The position numbers were made by a program, and so were the translations under genes. Source: Tissierellales bacterium (lineage in GTDB: Bacteria; Bacillota; Clostridia; Tissierellales; DATGTQ01). From it: a DNA stretch of 64,000 nt. The notes under the pieces are model-generated. The model had not been told where the DNA came from. It worked only from the letters and a program-made list of their open reading frames with translations, and made no database searches. The DNA lies in the NCBI GenBank assembly GCA_035301805.1, contig DATGTQ010000130.1:300-64299 (forward strand), in the 5' to 3' direction. This document shows, piece by piece, positions 1-8,292 of the stretch; positions within the stretch are counted from its first letter, which is position 1, and every line of letters begins with the position of its first letter.

Positions 1-180
1 ATTGGTGGTTTAGGTAGTGCTGTATCAGAGGTAGTAGTGGAAAATCATCCAGTTTCGGTGTTGAGAATTGGAGTGGAAGACACTTTTGGAGAATCAGGAG
101 TTGGGGATGAATTACTTGAAAAGTATGGATTAACAGTTGAAAATATAGTTGAAAAGGCAAAAAAAATTTATAATTTATAA
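1..180 (+). CDS. Transketolase C-terminal subunit, 3' end only (gene begins upstream of window)
   Basis: Frame 1 reads [59 protein letters not shown] then TAA at 178-180. The ...FGESG...L...YGL... tail is typical of split transketolase C-terminal domains. A hairpin terminator follows. Confidence 0.65.
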   Translation: MGGLGSAVSEVVVENHPVSVLRIGVEDTFGESGVGDELLEKYGLTVENIVEKAKKIYNL

Positions 181-220
181 GATATAATAACCCTTGCCAA
201 TTGGCAAGGGTTATTATATC
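181..220 (+). terminator. Rho-independent terminator (40-nt perfect palindrome)
   Basis: gatataataacccttgccaattggcaagggttattatatc is a perfect inverted repeat lying directly after the stop codon. Confidence 0.7.
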
Positions 221-350
221 TTATAAATTTTGTAACTGGAGTTTTTGAGAATAGTAATATGCATTTTAGACTAGTTTAAGATATTAAACATATTCTATAA
301 CCTATAGGAATAAATATAATATGAGAAAATTTATATCTGGAGGGGGTAGG

Positions 351-791
351 ATGAGAAGAAAAATATTAATTGGAGTTATTATATTGGTTATTGTATCGGG
401 TATATTATTTATACCCAAATATTTAGGTAAGGGTGATCAAAACGTGAAATATGATACTTTAGCGACTCATGAAATTCCTGAGGAGATAAGTGAAGTTCTG
501 CCTAAATATTTATCAGAAGAAAGAGCTTTAGGGTGTAAAATAGATGAGGGAATATTTGTAGTAGTCACTAGAGGGGAAAAGAACACTGCAGGTTATTCTG
601 TAGAGATAGATAGAATAGAAAATGCAAAAAATAAAAAGGGAAAAGAAGAATTAAAGGTTTTTGCAAAGTTTAAAGATCCAAAACCTAATGAAATTGTACA
701 GCAAGTTATTACTTATCCATTTATCATTGTAAAGACAAACTTAAAAGAATTACCTGAAGAAATAACATTGGAAGTTGAATATAGGGATTAA
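351..791 (+). CDS. PrcB-like (protease complex subunit PrcB C-terminal domain) membrane-anchored protein
   Basis: ORF track 321-791. GGAGGGGG precedes the ATG at 351. N-terminal hydrophobic anchor ILIGVIILVIVSGILFI. The segment FVVVTRGEKNTAGYSVEIDRIEN...ITYPFIIVKTN resembles the PrcB_C pattern as I remember it. Confidence 0.5.
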   Translation: MRRKILIGVIILVIVSGILFIPKYLGKGDQNVKYDTLATHEIPEEISEVLPKYLSEERALGCKIDEGIFVVVTRGEKNTAGYSVEIDRIENAKNKKGKEELKVFAKFKDPKPNEIVQQVITYPFIIVKTNLKELPEEITLEVEYRD

Positions 792-872
792 CTATGGACA
801 AACATTTTAGCTAGTATAATTAGAGTAAATATGATAATATTAAATAAAAATATACCAAAGAGGTGATAGAAA

Positions 873-1964
873 ATAAAAAAACAAACTAATTACTTTAAAC
901 TTTTTTTCATATTAATAATTGCATTCCTATTATTTAAAATGGTAGACAATAGCAATTTTAATGAAGTAATAAAAAAGATAAGTAAGCCTTTTATTTGGGC
1001 TTTTGTAATTGCATTTTTCTTGAATACACTTTTGTTGAAGTTGGAAGAGAAATATAAGTTAAAAAGGTGGCTAAATATACTTATTGTATATGTTATCTTC
1101 TATGGTGTAATAATATTATTTTTTACAATAATTACTCCTACAGTAATAGACAGTATTAAAAATTTAGGCAAAGAAATTCCAGGTTATATAAGAGATACTG
1201 AACGCTGGCTATCAACTAAACCTAGTAAGATTCAAGAACTGGATAGGTTAGGGGTTCTATCAAGTTTACAGTCAATGTTAGATAAGTTAATAGTTAAAGT
1301 TGGTGAAAGTATAAGCCCTCTTCTAAATAAAACATTAACTCAAATAATTAATTTAACTTCTGGTTTCGCAAACTTTGTTCTTGGTTCTATTATATCTATA
1401 TATATATTAAAGGATAAGGAAGTTTTTGCAAAAAATATTAGAAATTTAACTTTTGCAGTATTTCCAATGAACAAAGCCAAAGTTCTAGTAGAGGTTCAGA
1501 AAGATGTAAAAACTTCTTTTTCAAAATTTTTCGTAGGGAAATTACTTGATTCTCTAATTATAGGATTTTTATGTTTTATTGGAATGTTGATTATGAGGAT
1601 TAATTATGCATTACTTATAAGCCTTATAGTTGGAATTACTAATATGATACCCTATTTTGGTCCATTTATAGGGATGATACCAGCAGCTATACTAACATTA
1701 TTTGATAGTCCTTTTAAAGCTTTATGGGTTATAATATTTATATTCTTATTACAACAATTTGATGGTTTATATCTTGGCCCTAAAATATTGGGAATACAAG
1801 TTGGCTTGAAGCCCTTTTGGATTATAACTGCTATTTTAATAGGTGGAGGATTTTTTGGAGTATGGGGAATGCTTTTTGCTGTTCCTATAGCTGCAGTAGT
1901 TAAGTCTTTATTGGCTAAGTATGTAGATAGAGAATTGAAAATCAAAGATATACCTAAAGAATAA
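873..1964 (+). CDS. AI-2E family transporter (PerM/YtvI-like permease), probably with a non-canonical ATA start
   Basis: The 341-aa ORF from ATG 939 has typical AI-2E multi-TM content (...MIPYFGPFIGMIPA..., LLQQFDGLYLGPKILG). The frame stays open back to 870 and encodes a missing first TM helix (KKQTNYFKLFFILIIAFLLFK). AAAGAGGTGA at 857-866 lies 7 nt before ATA 873, whereas ATG 939 has no SD. The stop is firm; the start is tentative. Confidence 0.8.
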   Translation: MKKQTNYFKLFFILIIAFLLFKMVDNSNFNEVIKKISKPFIWAFVIAFFLNTLLLKLEEKYKLKRWLNILIVYVIFYGVIILFFTIITPTVIDSIKNLGKEIPGYIRDTERWLSTKPSKIQELDRLGVLSSLQSMLDKLIVKVGESISPLLNKTLTQIINLTSGFANFVLGSIISIYILKDKEVFAKNIRNLTFAVFPMNKAKVLVEVQKDVKTSFSKFFVGKLLDSLIIGFLCFIGMLIMRINYALLISLIVGITNMIPYFGPFIGMIPAAILTLFDSPFKALWVIIFIFLLQQFDGLYLGPKILGIQVGLKPFWIITAILIGGGFFGVWGMLFAVPIAAVVKSLLAKYVDRELKIKDIPKE

Positions 1965-1966
1965 GA

Positions 1967-2012
1967 AATAGCGAATAGATAGTCAACTAAACTGTCTATT
2001 CGCTATTAATTT
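1967..2012. terminator. Bidirectional hairpin terminator between convergent genes
   Basis: aaatagcgaatagatagt / actgtctattcgctatt form a 17-bp stem with one G-U pair, flanked by A/T runs. Confidence 0.7.
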
Positions 2013-2013
2013 T

Positions 2014-3204
2014 CTATTCTGTAGCATAATTATCAAAGTAGCCTTGTATATAGACTATTGGTGTACCTTTATCACCACTACCGCTAGTTAAATCACATAG
2101 ACTTCCTAGTAAGTCAGTTATTTGTCTAGGGGTAGTACCTATAGATTCTTTTTTAGATATTAAATCATCCTTTTTATTAATTATTTTTTCTTTTATGGCA
2201 TTTTCTATTTCTTCACCTTTTAAATCTTGTAATTCAGTATCTGCTAAATATTTGATTTTTACCTCGTTAGGAGTTCCCCTTAAACCTTTAGTATACCCTG
2301 GAGATACTACTGGGTCAGCTAACTCCCAAATCTCGCCTATAGGATCTTTAAAAGCTCCATCACCAAAAACCATTACTTCGATATTTTTACCTGTCCGTCT
2401 CTTCATTTCTTTTTGAATTTCGTCCACATAGTGTTGACAGTCTCTAGGGAAAAGTTTTAAATGAGTTTCAGTGGCTAAATTAGAGCCATACAATCCATAC
2501 TCTGGGTTGTATCCACTACCATCACTAACAGGGCTATTTAATATGCCATCTAAGCCGTAAATAGTTTCAGCACCAGCATTTTTTAAGATTTTCATTAGCC
2601 TTTTTCGGTCGTGAACATTAGCTAGTAAAACATTTTTTGTATATTTTAAAACTGTTGTTGGATTATTAGTTAAATGTATTTCTATATTGTCATTAACGGC
2701 TAAATCTTTATACACTTTTACATAGTCTATACCTGTAAATGGATGAATAACTTTTTCACCAAAAAGTTCTCTGTATTCTTTTTCAGTTAAATTATCAGTA
2801 TAAGGGTTTATATTAAAGCTATCCATTTTATCAATATCCATTAAAGGATTTCCCACCTCATCACTAGGATAGTTTAACATTAAATAGATTTTTTTCTCTG
2901 TTGCAGCTATAGCTTTTAATATTAAAGAAAATCTATTTCTACTTAGAATAGGAAATACTACACCAATATCTCCTTTATATTTATTATTTATATCCTTTGT
3001 GATTTCTTCCATATTAACATAATTTCCTTGGGCCCTTGCGATTAAAGACTCTGTAACTCCTATAACGTCTTTATTATTAATTTCATAACCTTCACTTTCA
3101 GATGAATTTATTATACAGTCTACTACAATATTTATTATATCATCGCCCTTTTTAATAATAGGTGCTCTAATTCCACGAGCAGTAGTACCTACGGTTCTAG
3201 TCAT
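2014..3204 (-). CDS. CofE-like (F420-0:gamma-glutamyl ligase family, PF01996-like) protein
   Basis: 396-aa ORF with AGGAGG before the ATG. The N-terminus MTRTVGTTARGIRAPIIKKGDDI...VIGVTESLIARAQGNYV resembles the CofE-type ligase fold as I remember it. Function in a presumably non-F420 organism is unknown. Confidence 0.5.
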   Translation of the reverse strand: MTRTVGTTARGIRAPIIKKGDDIINIVVDCIINSSESEGYEINNKDVIGVTESLIARAQGNYVNMEEITKDINNKYKGDIGVVFPILSRNRFSLILKAIAATEKKIYLMLNYPSDEVGNPLMDIDKMDSFNINPYTDNLTEKEYRELFGEKVIHPFTGIDYVKVYKDLAVNDNIEIHLTNNPTTVLKYTKNVLLANVHDRKRLMKILKNAGAETIYGLDGILNSPVSDGSGYNPEYGLYGSNLATETHLKLFPRDCQHYVDEIQKEMKRRTGKNIEVMVFGDGAFKDPIGEIWELADPVVSPGYTKGLRGTPNEVKIKYLADTELQDLKGEEIENAIKEKIINKKDDLISKKESIGTTPRQITDLLGSLCDLTSGSGDKGTPIVYIQGYFDNYATE

Positions 3205-3237
3205 ACAAACTCCTCCTAAATCTAAAATATATTACCC

Positions 3238-3822
3238 TTATACATTATAGCACTTAATTAATCCATTTTCAGTAATAATAAAATTTACAGGTATATCATG
3301 ATCTTCATTTGGAACCTTATCCATAATTTGCATTTGAAAAGCTAGGCCAATTTTGATAGCATCTTTATTTAAAGTAGTAAAAAATGTATCATAGTAACCC
3401 CCACCGTAACCTATTCTATATCCCCGTTTATCAAAACCAGCCCCAGGGACTAGGACTAGGTCTATAGAACTAGGTTCCACTTCTCTAATATATTCTTTTT
3501 TAGGTGTTAATATATTGTAGAAGCCTAATTTTAGTTCTTTTTCGAAGTCTTTTAACTGTGATACTATTAGTTTTCTACTTTTTGGTACGGTAATAGGTAC
3601 ACCTATATCCTTGCCTTTTTTTAAAGAATTTTGTATAATACCTTTTGTAATAACTTCTTTGCGGAAATTAATATATGTCATAATGAAATTTGAGTTATTA
3701 TAATAAGTTGTATTATAAAGATGTTTAGCAATAGAATTACTTTTTACTATTATTTCATCATTTGATAGTTGACCTCTTTTGTTTAACATGGTTTCACGAA
3801 TTGTTTTTTTATTAGAATTCAA
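3238..3822 (-). CDS. 5-formyltetrahydrofolate cyclo-ligase
   Basis: 194 aa, TTG start 7 nt after GAGGTG. The C-terminal motif LVLVPGAGFDKRGYRIGYGGGYYD is diagnostic of the 5-FTHF cyclo-ligase family. Confidence 0.85.
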   Translation of the reverse strand: MNSNKKTIRETMLNKRGQLSNDEIIVKSNSIAKHLYNTTYYNNSNFIMTYINFRKEVITKGIIQNSLKKGKDIGVPITVPKSRKLIVSQLKDFEKELKLGFYNILTPKKEYIREVEPSSIDLVLVPGAGFDKRGYRIGYGGGYYDTFFTTLNKDAIKIGLAFQMQIMDKVPNEDHDIPVNFIITENGLIKCYNV

Positions 3823-4057
3823 AATGAATCACCTCAACATGTTTATTTTTCTTACAATCTATATTATAATATAATTTCAAAGTAATAAACAAGATTTAGA
3901 AAAATGTTGAAAGGATTTATAGTAAATCAAAGGGGTTTTAATGTAGAAGGTAGAATACATAATATAAGTGATTTTATAAATAGTAAAAAAGTATTAAAGG
4001 AATTTACAAAGATATAATGAAGGGGTTTATATTGATACCTAATAGAGGTGAAAAATA

Positions 4058-4753
4058 TTGATTAAATTGATAAATGTCACTAAGATATATGATAATGGAG
4101 TTCGAGCTTTATCAAATGTGAATCTTTCCATTGATAAAGGAGAGTTTGTTTTTTTAGTAGGAGCAAGTGGAGCAGGAAAATCCACTATAATTAAGCTTCT
4201 TCTTAAAGAAGAAAATCCTACTTCAGGAAGTGTTATTTTAAATGGTAAGGATATAACTAAAGTTAAGAATAGAAAAATACCATATATAAGAAGGGAAGCA
4301 GGAGTAGTATTTCAAGATTTTAGGTTATTGGAAAATAAAACAGTTTATGAAAATATAGCATTTGCTATGGAAATATTAGGGACTCACCCTGAGGAAATAA
4401 AGAAAAGAGTTCCCAGTGTATTAAGGATGGTAGGATTAAATGATAAGGCTCATTGTTATCCAAGTCAATTATCGGGAGGAGAGCACCAAAGAGTGGGAAT
4501 TGCCAGAGCAATAGTTAACAAACCTTCTATTTTAATAGCAGACGAACCTACAGGAAACTTGGATCCTAAGACCTCTTGGGGTATTATGGAGATCATAGCA
4601 GAAATAAATAGAAGAGGCACTACTGTATTGATGGCCACTCATGCAAAAAATATAGTTGATGATATGCAAAAGAGAGTTATAGCAGTAAGGTCTGGAAGAA
4701 TAGTAAGAGATGAAGAAGAGGGTGAGTACAAGCATGAGATTCCGAATATTTAA
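4058..4753 (+). CDS. ftsE: Cell division ATP-binding protein FtsE
   Basis: Walker A GASGAGKST, signature LSGGEHQRV, Walker B ILIADEPTGNLD. ftsX follows immediately. Confidence 0.9.
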   Translation: MIKLINVTKIYDNGVRALSNVNLSIDKGEFVFLVGASGAGKSTIIKLLLKEENPTSGSVILNGKDITKVKNRKIPYIRREAGVVFQDFRLLENKTVYENIAFAMEILGTHPEEIKKRVPSVLRMVGLNDKAHCYPSQLSGGEHQRVGIARAIVNKPSILIADEPTGNLDPKTSWGIMEIIAEINRRGTTVLMATHAKNIVDDMQKRVIAVRSGRIVRDEEEGEYKHEIPNI

Positions 4754-5624
4754 GAATATGATGAAACAAGGTTTTCAAGGACTTTGGAGAAATAGAGGAA
4801 TGGGTTTAGCTTCTGTTGGTTCTATTACAGCAGTATTATTGGTATTAGGTATGATATTAATACTTATATTAAGTATCAATAATGTAGCCCTTGAAGTAAA
4901 GCATAAATTTGATGAGATACAAATCTTTTTAGATTTGGATATAGACGAAGCCCAACGAGAGAGTATTGAAGAGGAAATTAAGAATTGTGAAGGAGTAGTT
5001 TCAATAGATTACCAAACAAAAGATGATGCTATGGCAATTCTCGAAAAAGATTTAGGAGAAGATTTATTAGAAGGAATAGAAGAAAATCCATTGCCAGAGT
5101 CTTTTATAGTAAAACTAGAAGATGTTGAAAATGCAGATGGTGTGGTAAAAAGCGTAGAGGACTTAGAAGGTGTGGATGAGGTTAAATATTACAAAGATAT
5201 AATATCTAAACTTATAACGTCCACCAATTATATAAGAACAGGTGGTATAATAGTAGTAGGTGTGTTATTATTTATATCTGTATTTATTATATCTAATACA
5301 ATAAAAATAACTGTAACAGCAAGGAAAGAAGAAATAAATATAATGAAATATGTGGGAGCTACTAATGGTTATATTAGGGGACCATTTATAGTAGAAGGAT
5401 TATTACTTGGATTGTTAGGATCAGTTTTATCAATATTTGTTGTTAATTATGGTTATAAATATTTCTTTACAAGAATAAGTGAAAAGCTGTATCTATTTTT
5501 TACTATATATTTAATTCCACCCTATGCTTTGACAAATGATATTATCATAATATTTACAGCTATAGGGGTAGGCATAGGCGTTCTTGGTAGTTTAGTATCG
5601 CTTAAACGTTTCTTAAATGTTTAA
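4734..5624 (+). CDS. ftsX: Cell division permease FtsX
   Basis: ORF track 4710-5624. ATG 4734 (MRFRIFKNMMKQGFQGLWRN...) is the typical FtsX N-terminus and overlaps the end of ftsE. It has one N-terminal TM, an extracellular domain and three C-terminal TMs. Confidence 0.85.
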   Translation: MRFRIFKNMMKQGFQGLWRNRGMGLASVGSITAVLLVLGMILILILSINNVALEVKHKFDEIQIFLDLDIDEAQRESIEEEIKNCEGVVSIDYQTKDDAMAILEKDLGEDLLEGIEENPLPESFIVKLEDVENADGVVKSVEDLEGVDEVKYYKDIISKLITSTNYIRTGGIIVVGVLLFISVFIISNTIKITVTARKEEINIMKYVGATNGYIRGPFIVEGLLLGLLGSVLSIFVVNYGYKYFFTRISEKLYLFFTIYLIPPYALTNDIIIIFTAIGVGIGVLGSLVSLKRFLNV

Positions 5625-5656
5625 ATATAATATGTAAGGAGGTGTATACCAATATA

Positions 5657-6883
5657 ATGAAGCGCAAGATTTTTTATTCGTTAACTGCAATGGCTTTAGT
5701 CTTAATTTTTACAATGGGTAATATATGTGTAGCAGATAATGTAGGAAATTTAAAAGATAAGAAAAGCAATGTAGAAAAAAATATTGAAAATAAGAAAAGT
5801 GAAATGAATAAAATGAAGAAACAATCGTCTAGTTTAACAGATGAAATAAAAGGTCTAGATGAAAAAGTAACTAAAGCAACTGATGAACTAGAAAAGGTAG
5901 AAAAAGAATTAGAAGGTTTAAACAAAGAAATTAAAGAAACTAAAAAAGAGATAGAAGCCGCAGAAAAACGTATGAATGAAAAACAAGAAGAGTTTAATTC
6001 TAGATTAAGAGTTATGTATAAGAAAGGTAATGTTGGATATTTAGAAGTTCTTTTATCCTCAGTTAGTATTGGAGATTTTCTAGCTAGGAAGGATATGGTC
6101 CAAGCAGTAGTAAATTATGATGTGGACCTATTAGAATACATAAAAGAACAAAAAGATATTGTTGACAAAAAGGAAGCAGAACTCAAATCTCAAAAATCTT
6201 CTGTAGAAGTTGCTAAAGAGAAGGCTAAGGAAAAGAAAGAAGAATTAGTAGCTGCTACAAGCACAAAAGAGGCCGCTATGAAAGAATTAGAAAAAGATAT
6301 TGAAACTATTGAAAAGGAATATGCAGAACTAGAAAAAGAATCTGAACAAATATCCGCAGAAATATCAAGTAAACAAATGGCTGCCGCTACTCCTTCACCC
6401 TCTAGAGGTACAAGCAATAGGACAACTGGAGGGAACAATAGAGGAAATAACAATGTAGCAAGCAATAAACCTAATAATAATACTCCTGCGCCTACACCAC
6501 CAAGTGGTGGTGGAGCTCTAGCTTGGCCATCTAGTGGGCCTATAACTTCACCTTATGGACCAAGATGGGGTAGTTTCCACTCGGGGATTGATATAGGGAT
6601 ACCTGTAGGCACTCCAGTACATGCAGCAGATAGTGGTACTGTTATTATTGCAAAAACAGGTTACAATGGTGGCTATGGAAATTATTTAGTTGTAGACCAT
6701 GGTGGTGGTATTTCAACTTTATATGCCCATAACTCTGCCCTCTTAGTAGGTGTAGGGTCTAAAGTAAGTCGTGGTCAAATGATAACAAGATCAGGAAATA
6801 GTGGTCGTTCAACAGGACCCCATTTACACTTTGAAGTTAGAGTAAATGGTGGACACGTAAACCCAATGCGTTACCTAAGGTAA
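5657..6883 (+). CDS. M23 family metallopeptidase with coiled-coil N-terminal domain (EnvC-like murein hydrolase/activator)
   Basis: Signal sequence, a long K/E-rich coiled coil, a low-complexity N/P/T linker, then M23 motifs HSGIDIG...HLHFEVRVNG. ATG 5657 follows AGGAGG at 5637. Confidence 0.85.
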   Translation: MKRKIFYSLTAMALVLIFTMGNICVADNVGNLKDKKSNVEKNIENKKSEMNKMKKQSSSLTDEIKGLDEKVTKATDELEKVEKELEGLNKEIKETKKEIEAAEKRMNEKQEEFNSRLRVMYKKGNVGYLEVLLSSVSIGDFLARKDMVQAVVNYDVDLLEYIKEQKDIVDKKEAELKSQKSSVEVAKEKAKEKKEELVAATSTKEAAMKELEKDIETIEKEYAELEKESEQISAEISSKQMAAATPSPSRGTSNRTTGGNNRGNNNVASNKPNNNTPAPTPPSGGGALAWPSSGPITSPYGPRWGSFHSGIDIGIPVGTPVHAADSGTVIIAKTGYNGGYGNYLVVDHGGGISTLYAHNSALLVGVGSKVSRGQMITRSGNSGRSTGPHLHFEVRVNGGHVNPMRYLR

Positions 6884-6912
6884 AATATAAATTAGAATTA
6901 TTTTTAATAAAA

Positions 6913-6943
6913 ATAGGGGAATGAAAATTCTCCTATCTTTTTT
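6913..6943 (+). terminator. Rho-independent terminator
   Basis: ataggggaat-gaaa-attctcctat stem-loop followed by cttttttg. Confidence 0.7.
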
Positions 6944-7039
6944 GTATATTTTTTTGTAAACAATCAGGTCTAATGGTATAATGTTTAAGAAGATCTAATA
7001 AAATAGATTACATGATGCTTAATTGTCGAGGTGAAGAGG

Positions 7040-8266
7040 ATGTCAAATAAAAGAAAAACAACCTTTCTAGTGGTTTTACTAATTGTTACTAACATACTCA
7101 CTTTTACTTTTACTAATGTTTTTTCTGTTCCATTGAAAAATAAAGTAATAGTTCCAAAAGGTGAGTATGAAGAGTTGACGGCAGCTGCCGAGAAATATTC
7201 TAAGGTTAGTGCATTAGAAGATTTTATCGAAAAGTACTATTTGAAGGAAGTAGATGAGGCAACCATGTTGGACGGACAGCTAAAAGGGTTGTTTCAATCT
7301 CTTGAAGACCCTTATTCTCAATATATGTCTAAAGATGAATTTCAGGACTTTATGGAGCATACAAAGGGCGTCTACGGTGGAGTAGGTGTTATTGTAACAC
7401 CAGGAGATGATAATTTAATAACAGTTGTATCCCCTATAGAAGATACTCCAGGGGAAAAGGCTGGAATTAAAACTGGTGATAAGATAATTAAAGTCAATGG
7501 GGAAGAATTTACGGCAGATAAGATGGATGCTGCAGTAAAGTTGATGAAGGGTGAACCAGGTACTAACGTTGATATGACTATAATGAGAAAAAATAAGGAT
7601 GGAAAAACCAAAGAAATGGATATATCTATAACTAGGGAAGAGATAAGACTTAAAACTGTAAAGTCAGAAATAGCAGATGATAATATTGGATATATTAAAG
7701 TTACGTCTTTTGATGATTTAACCTATGATGATTTTAAAGTTGAACTAGAGGAATTAAAGAAGAAAGATATAAAAGGTATTGTAATGGATTTAAGAAATAA
7801 TCCAGGTGGCCTTTTAGATGTTTGCGTAGATATAGCCGATGAATTTTTAGATGAAGGAGTAGTTGTATATACAGAAACCCGAGATGGAGAAAAGGAATAC
7901 TTAAAATCAGATAAGAAAAAAATAGATATACCCCTTGTTCTATTAGTAAATGAAGGAAGTGCTAGTGCTTCTGAAATATTGGCTGGAGCTATGAGGGATA
8001 ATGAAAGAGCTGTTTTAGTTGGAACTAAAACTTTTGGAAAGGGTATAGTGCAAAGAATAAAGGAACTTCCTGATGGCTCAGGATTCAAATTAACAGTTTC
8101 AGAATATTTTACACCAAAGGGAACAAGTATTCATGAAGTGGGAATTGAACCAGATGTTGTTGTAGAATTACCTGAAGATATAGAAGAAATAGGATTAGAA
8201 AATTTAGAAGAAGATGTTCAATTACAAAAAGCTTTAGAAATAATAAAAGAAAAAGTAGAGAAATAA
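7040..8266 (+). CDS. S41 family C-terminal processing peptidase (CtpA/CtpB-like) with PDZ domain
   Basis: PDZ region GEKAGIKTGDKIIKVNG, then DLRNNPGGLL and GSASASEI...TFGKG catalytic motifs. ATG 7040 lies 6 nt after GAGGTG. Confidence 0.85.
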   Translation: MSNKRKTTFLVVLLIVTNILTFTFTNVFSVPLKNKVIVPKGEYEELTAAAEKYSKVSALEDFIEKYYLKEVDEATMLDGQLKGLFQSLEDPYSQYMSKDEFQDFMEHTKGVYGGVGVIVTPGDDNLITVVSPIEDTPGEKAGIKTGDKIIKVNGEEFTADKMDAAVKLMKGEPGTNVDMTIMRKNKDGKTKEMDISITREEIRLKTVKSEIADDNIGYIKVTSFDDLTYDDFKVELEELKKKDIKGIVMDLRNNPGGLLDVCVDIADEFLDEGVVVYTETRDGEKEYLKSDKKKIDIPLVLLVNEGSASASEILAGAMRDNERAVLVGTKTFGKGIVQRIKELPDGSGFKLTVSEYFTPKGTSIHEVGIEPDVVVELPEDIEEIGLENLEEDVQLQKALEIIKEKVEK

Positions 8267-8267
8267 A

Positions 8268-8292
8268 GAAAGGAACCAATTTGGTTCCTTTT
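8268..8292. terminator. Bidirectional hairpin between convergent genes
   Basis: aaaggaaccaa-t-ttggttccttt palindrome, overlapping the stop of the minus-strand gene. Confidence 0.6.

Noticed and set aside
1652-1945. The 97-aa minus-strand ORF inside the AI-2E transporter gene, and many similar antisense ORFs in the track: 2195-2416, 4532-4735, 5674-5925, 6190-6465, 7372-7611, 7723-8088, 8613-8849, 8977-9192, 9261-9470, 11471-11695, 14092-14435, 16509-16946, 20277-20498, 21775-21960, 25979-26261, 26776-26979, 29766-29948, 30565-30927, 32361-32639, 37380-37592, 38286-38483, 44042-44239, 44573-44842, 48264-48491, 50244-50456, 52141-52356, 53088-53273.
   Set aside because: Each is fully nested opposite, or out of frame with, a long ORF that has clear family motifs. 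They have low-complexity or odd composition and no SD. These are typical shadow ORFs.
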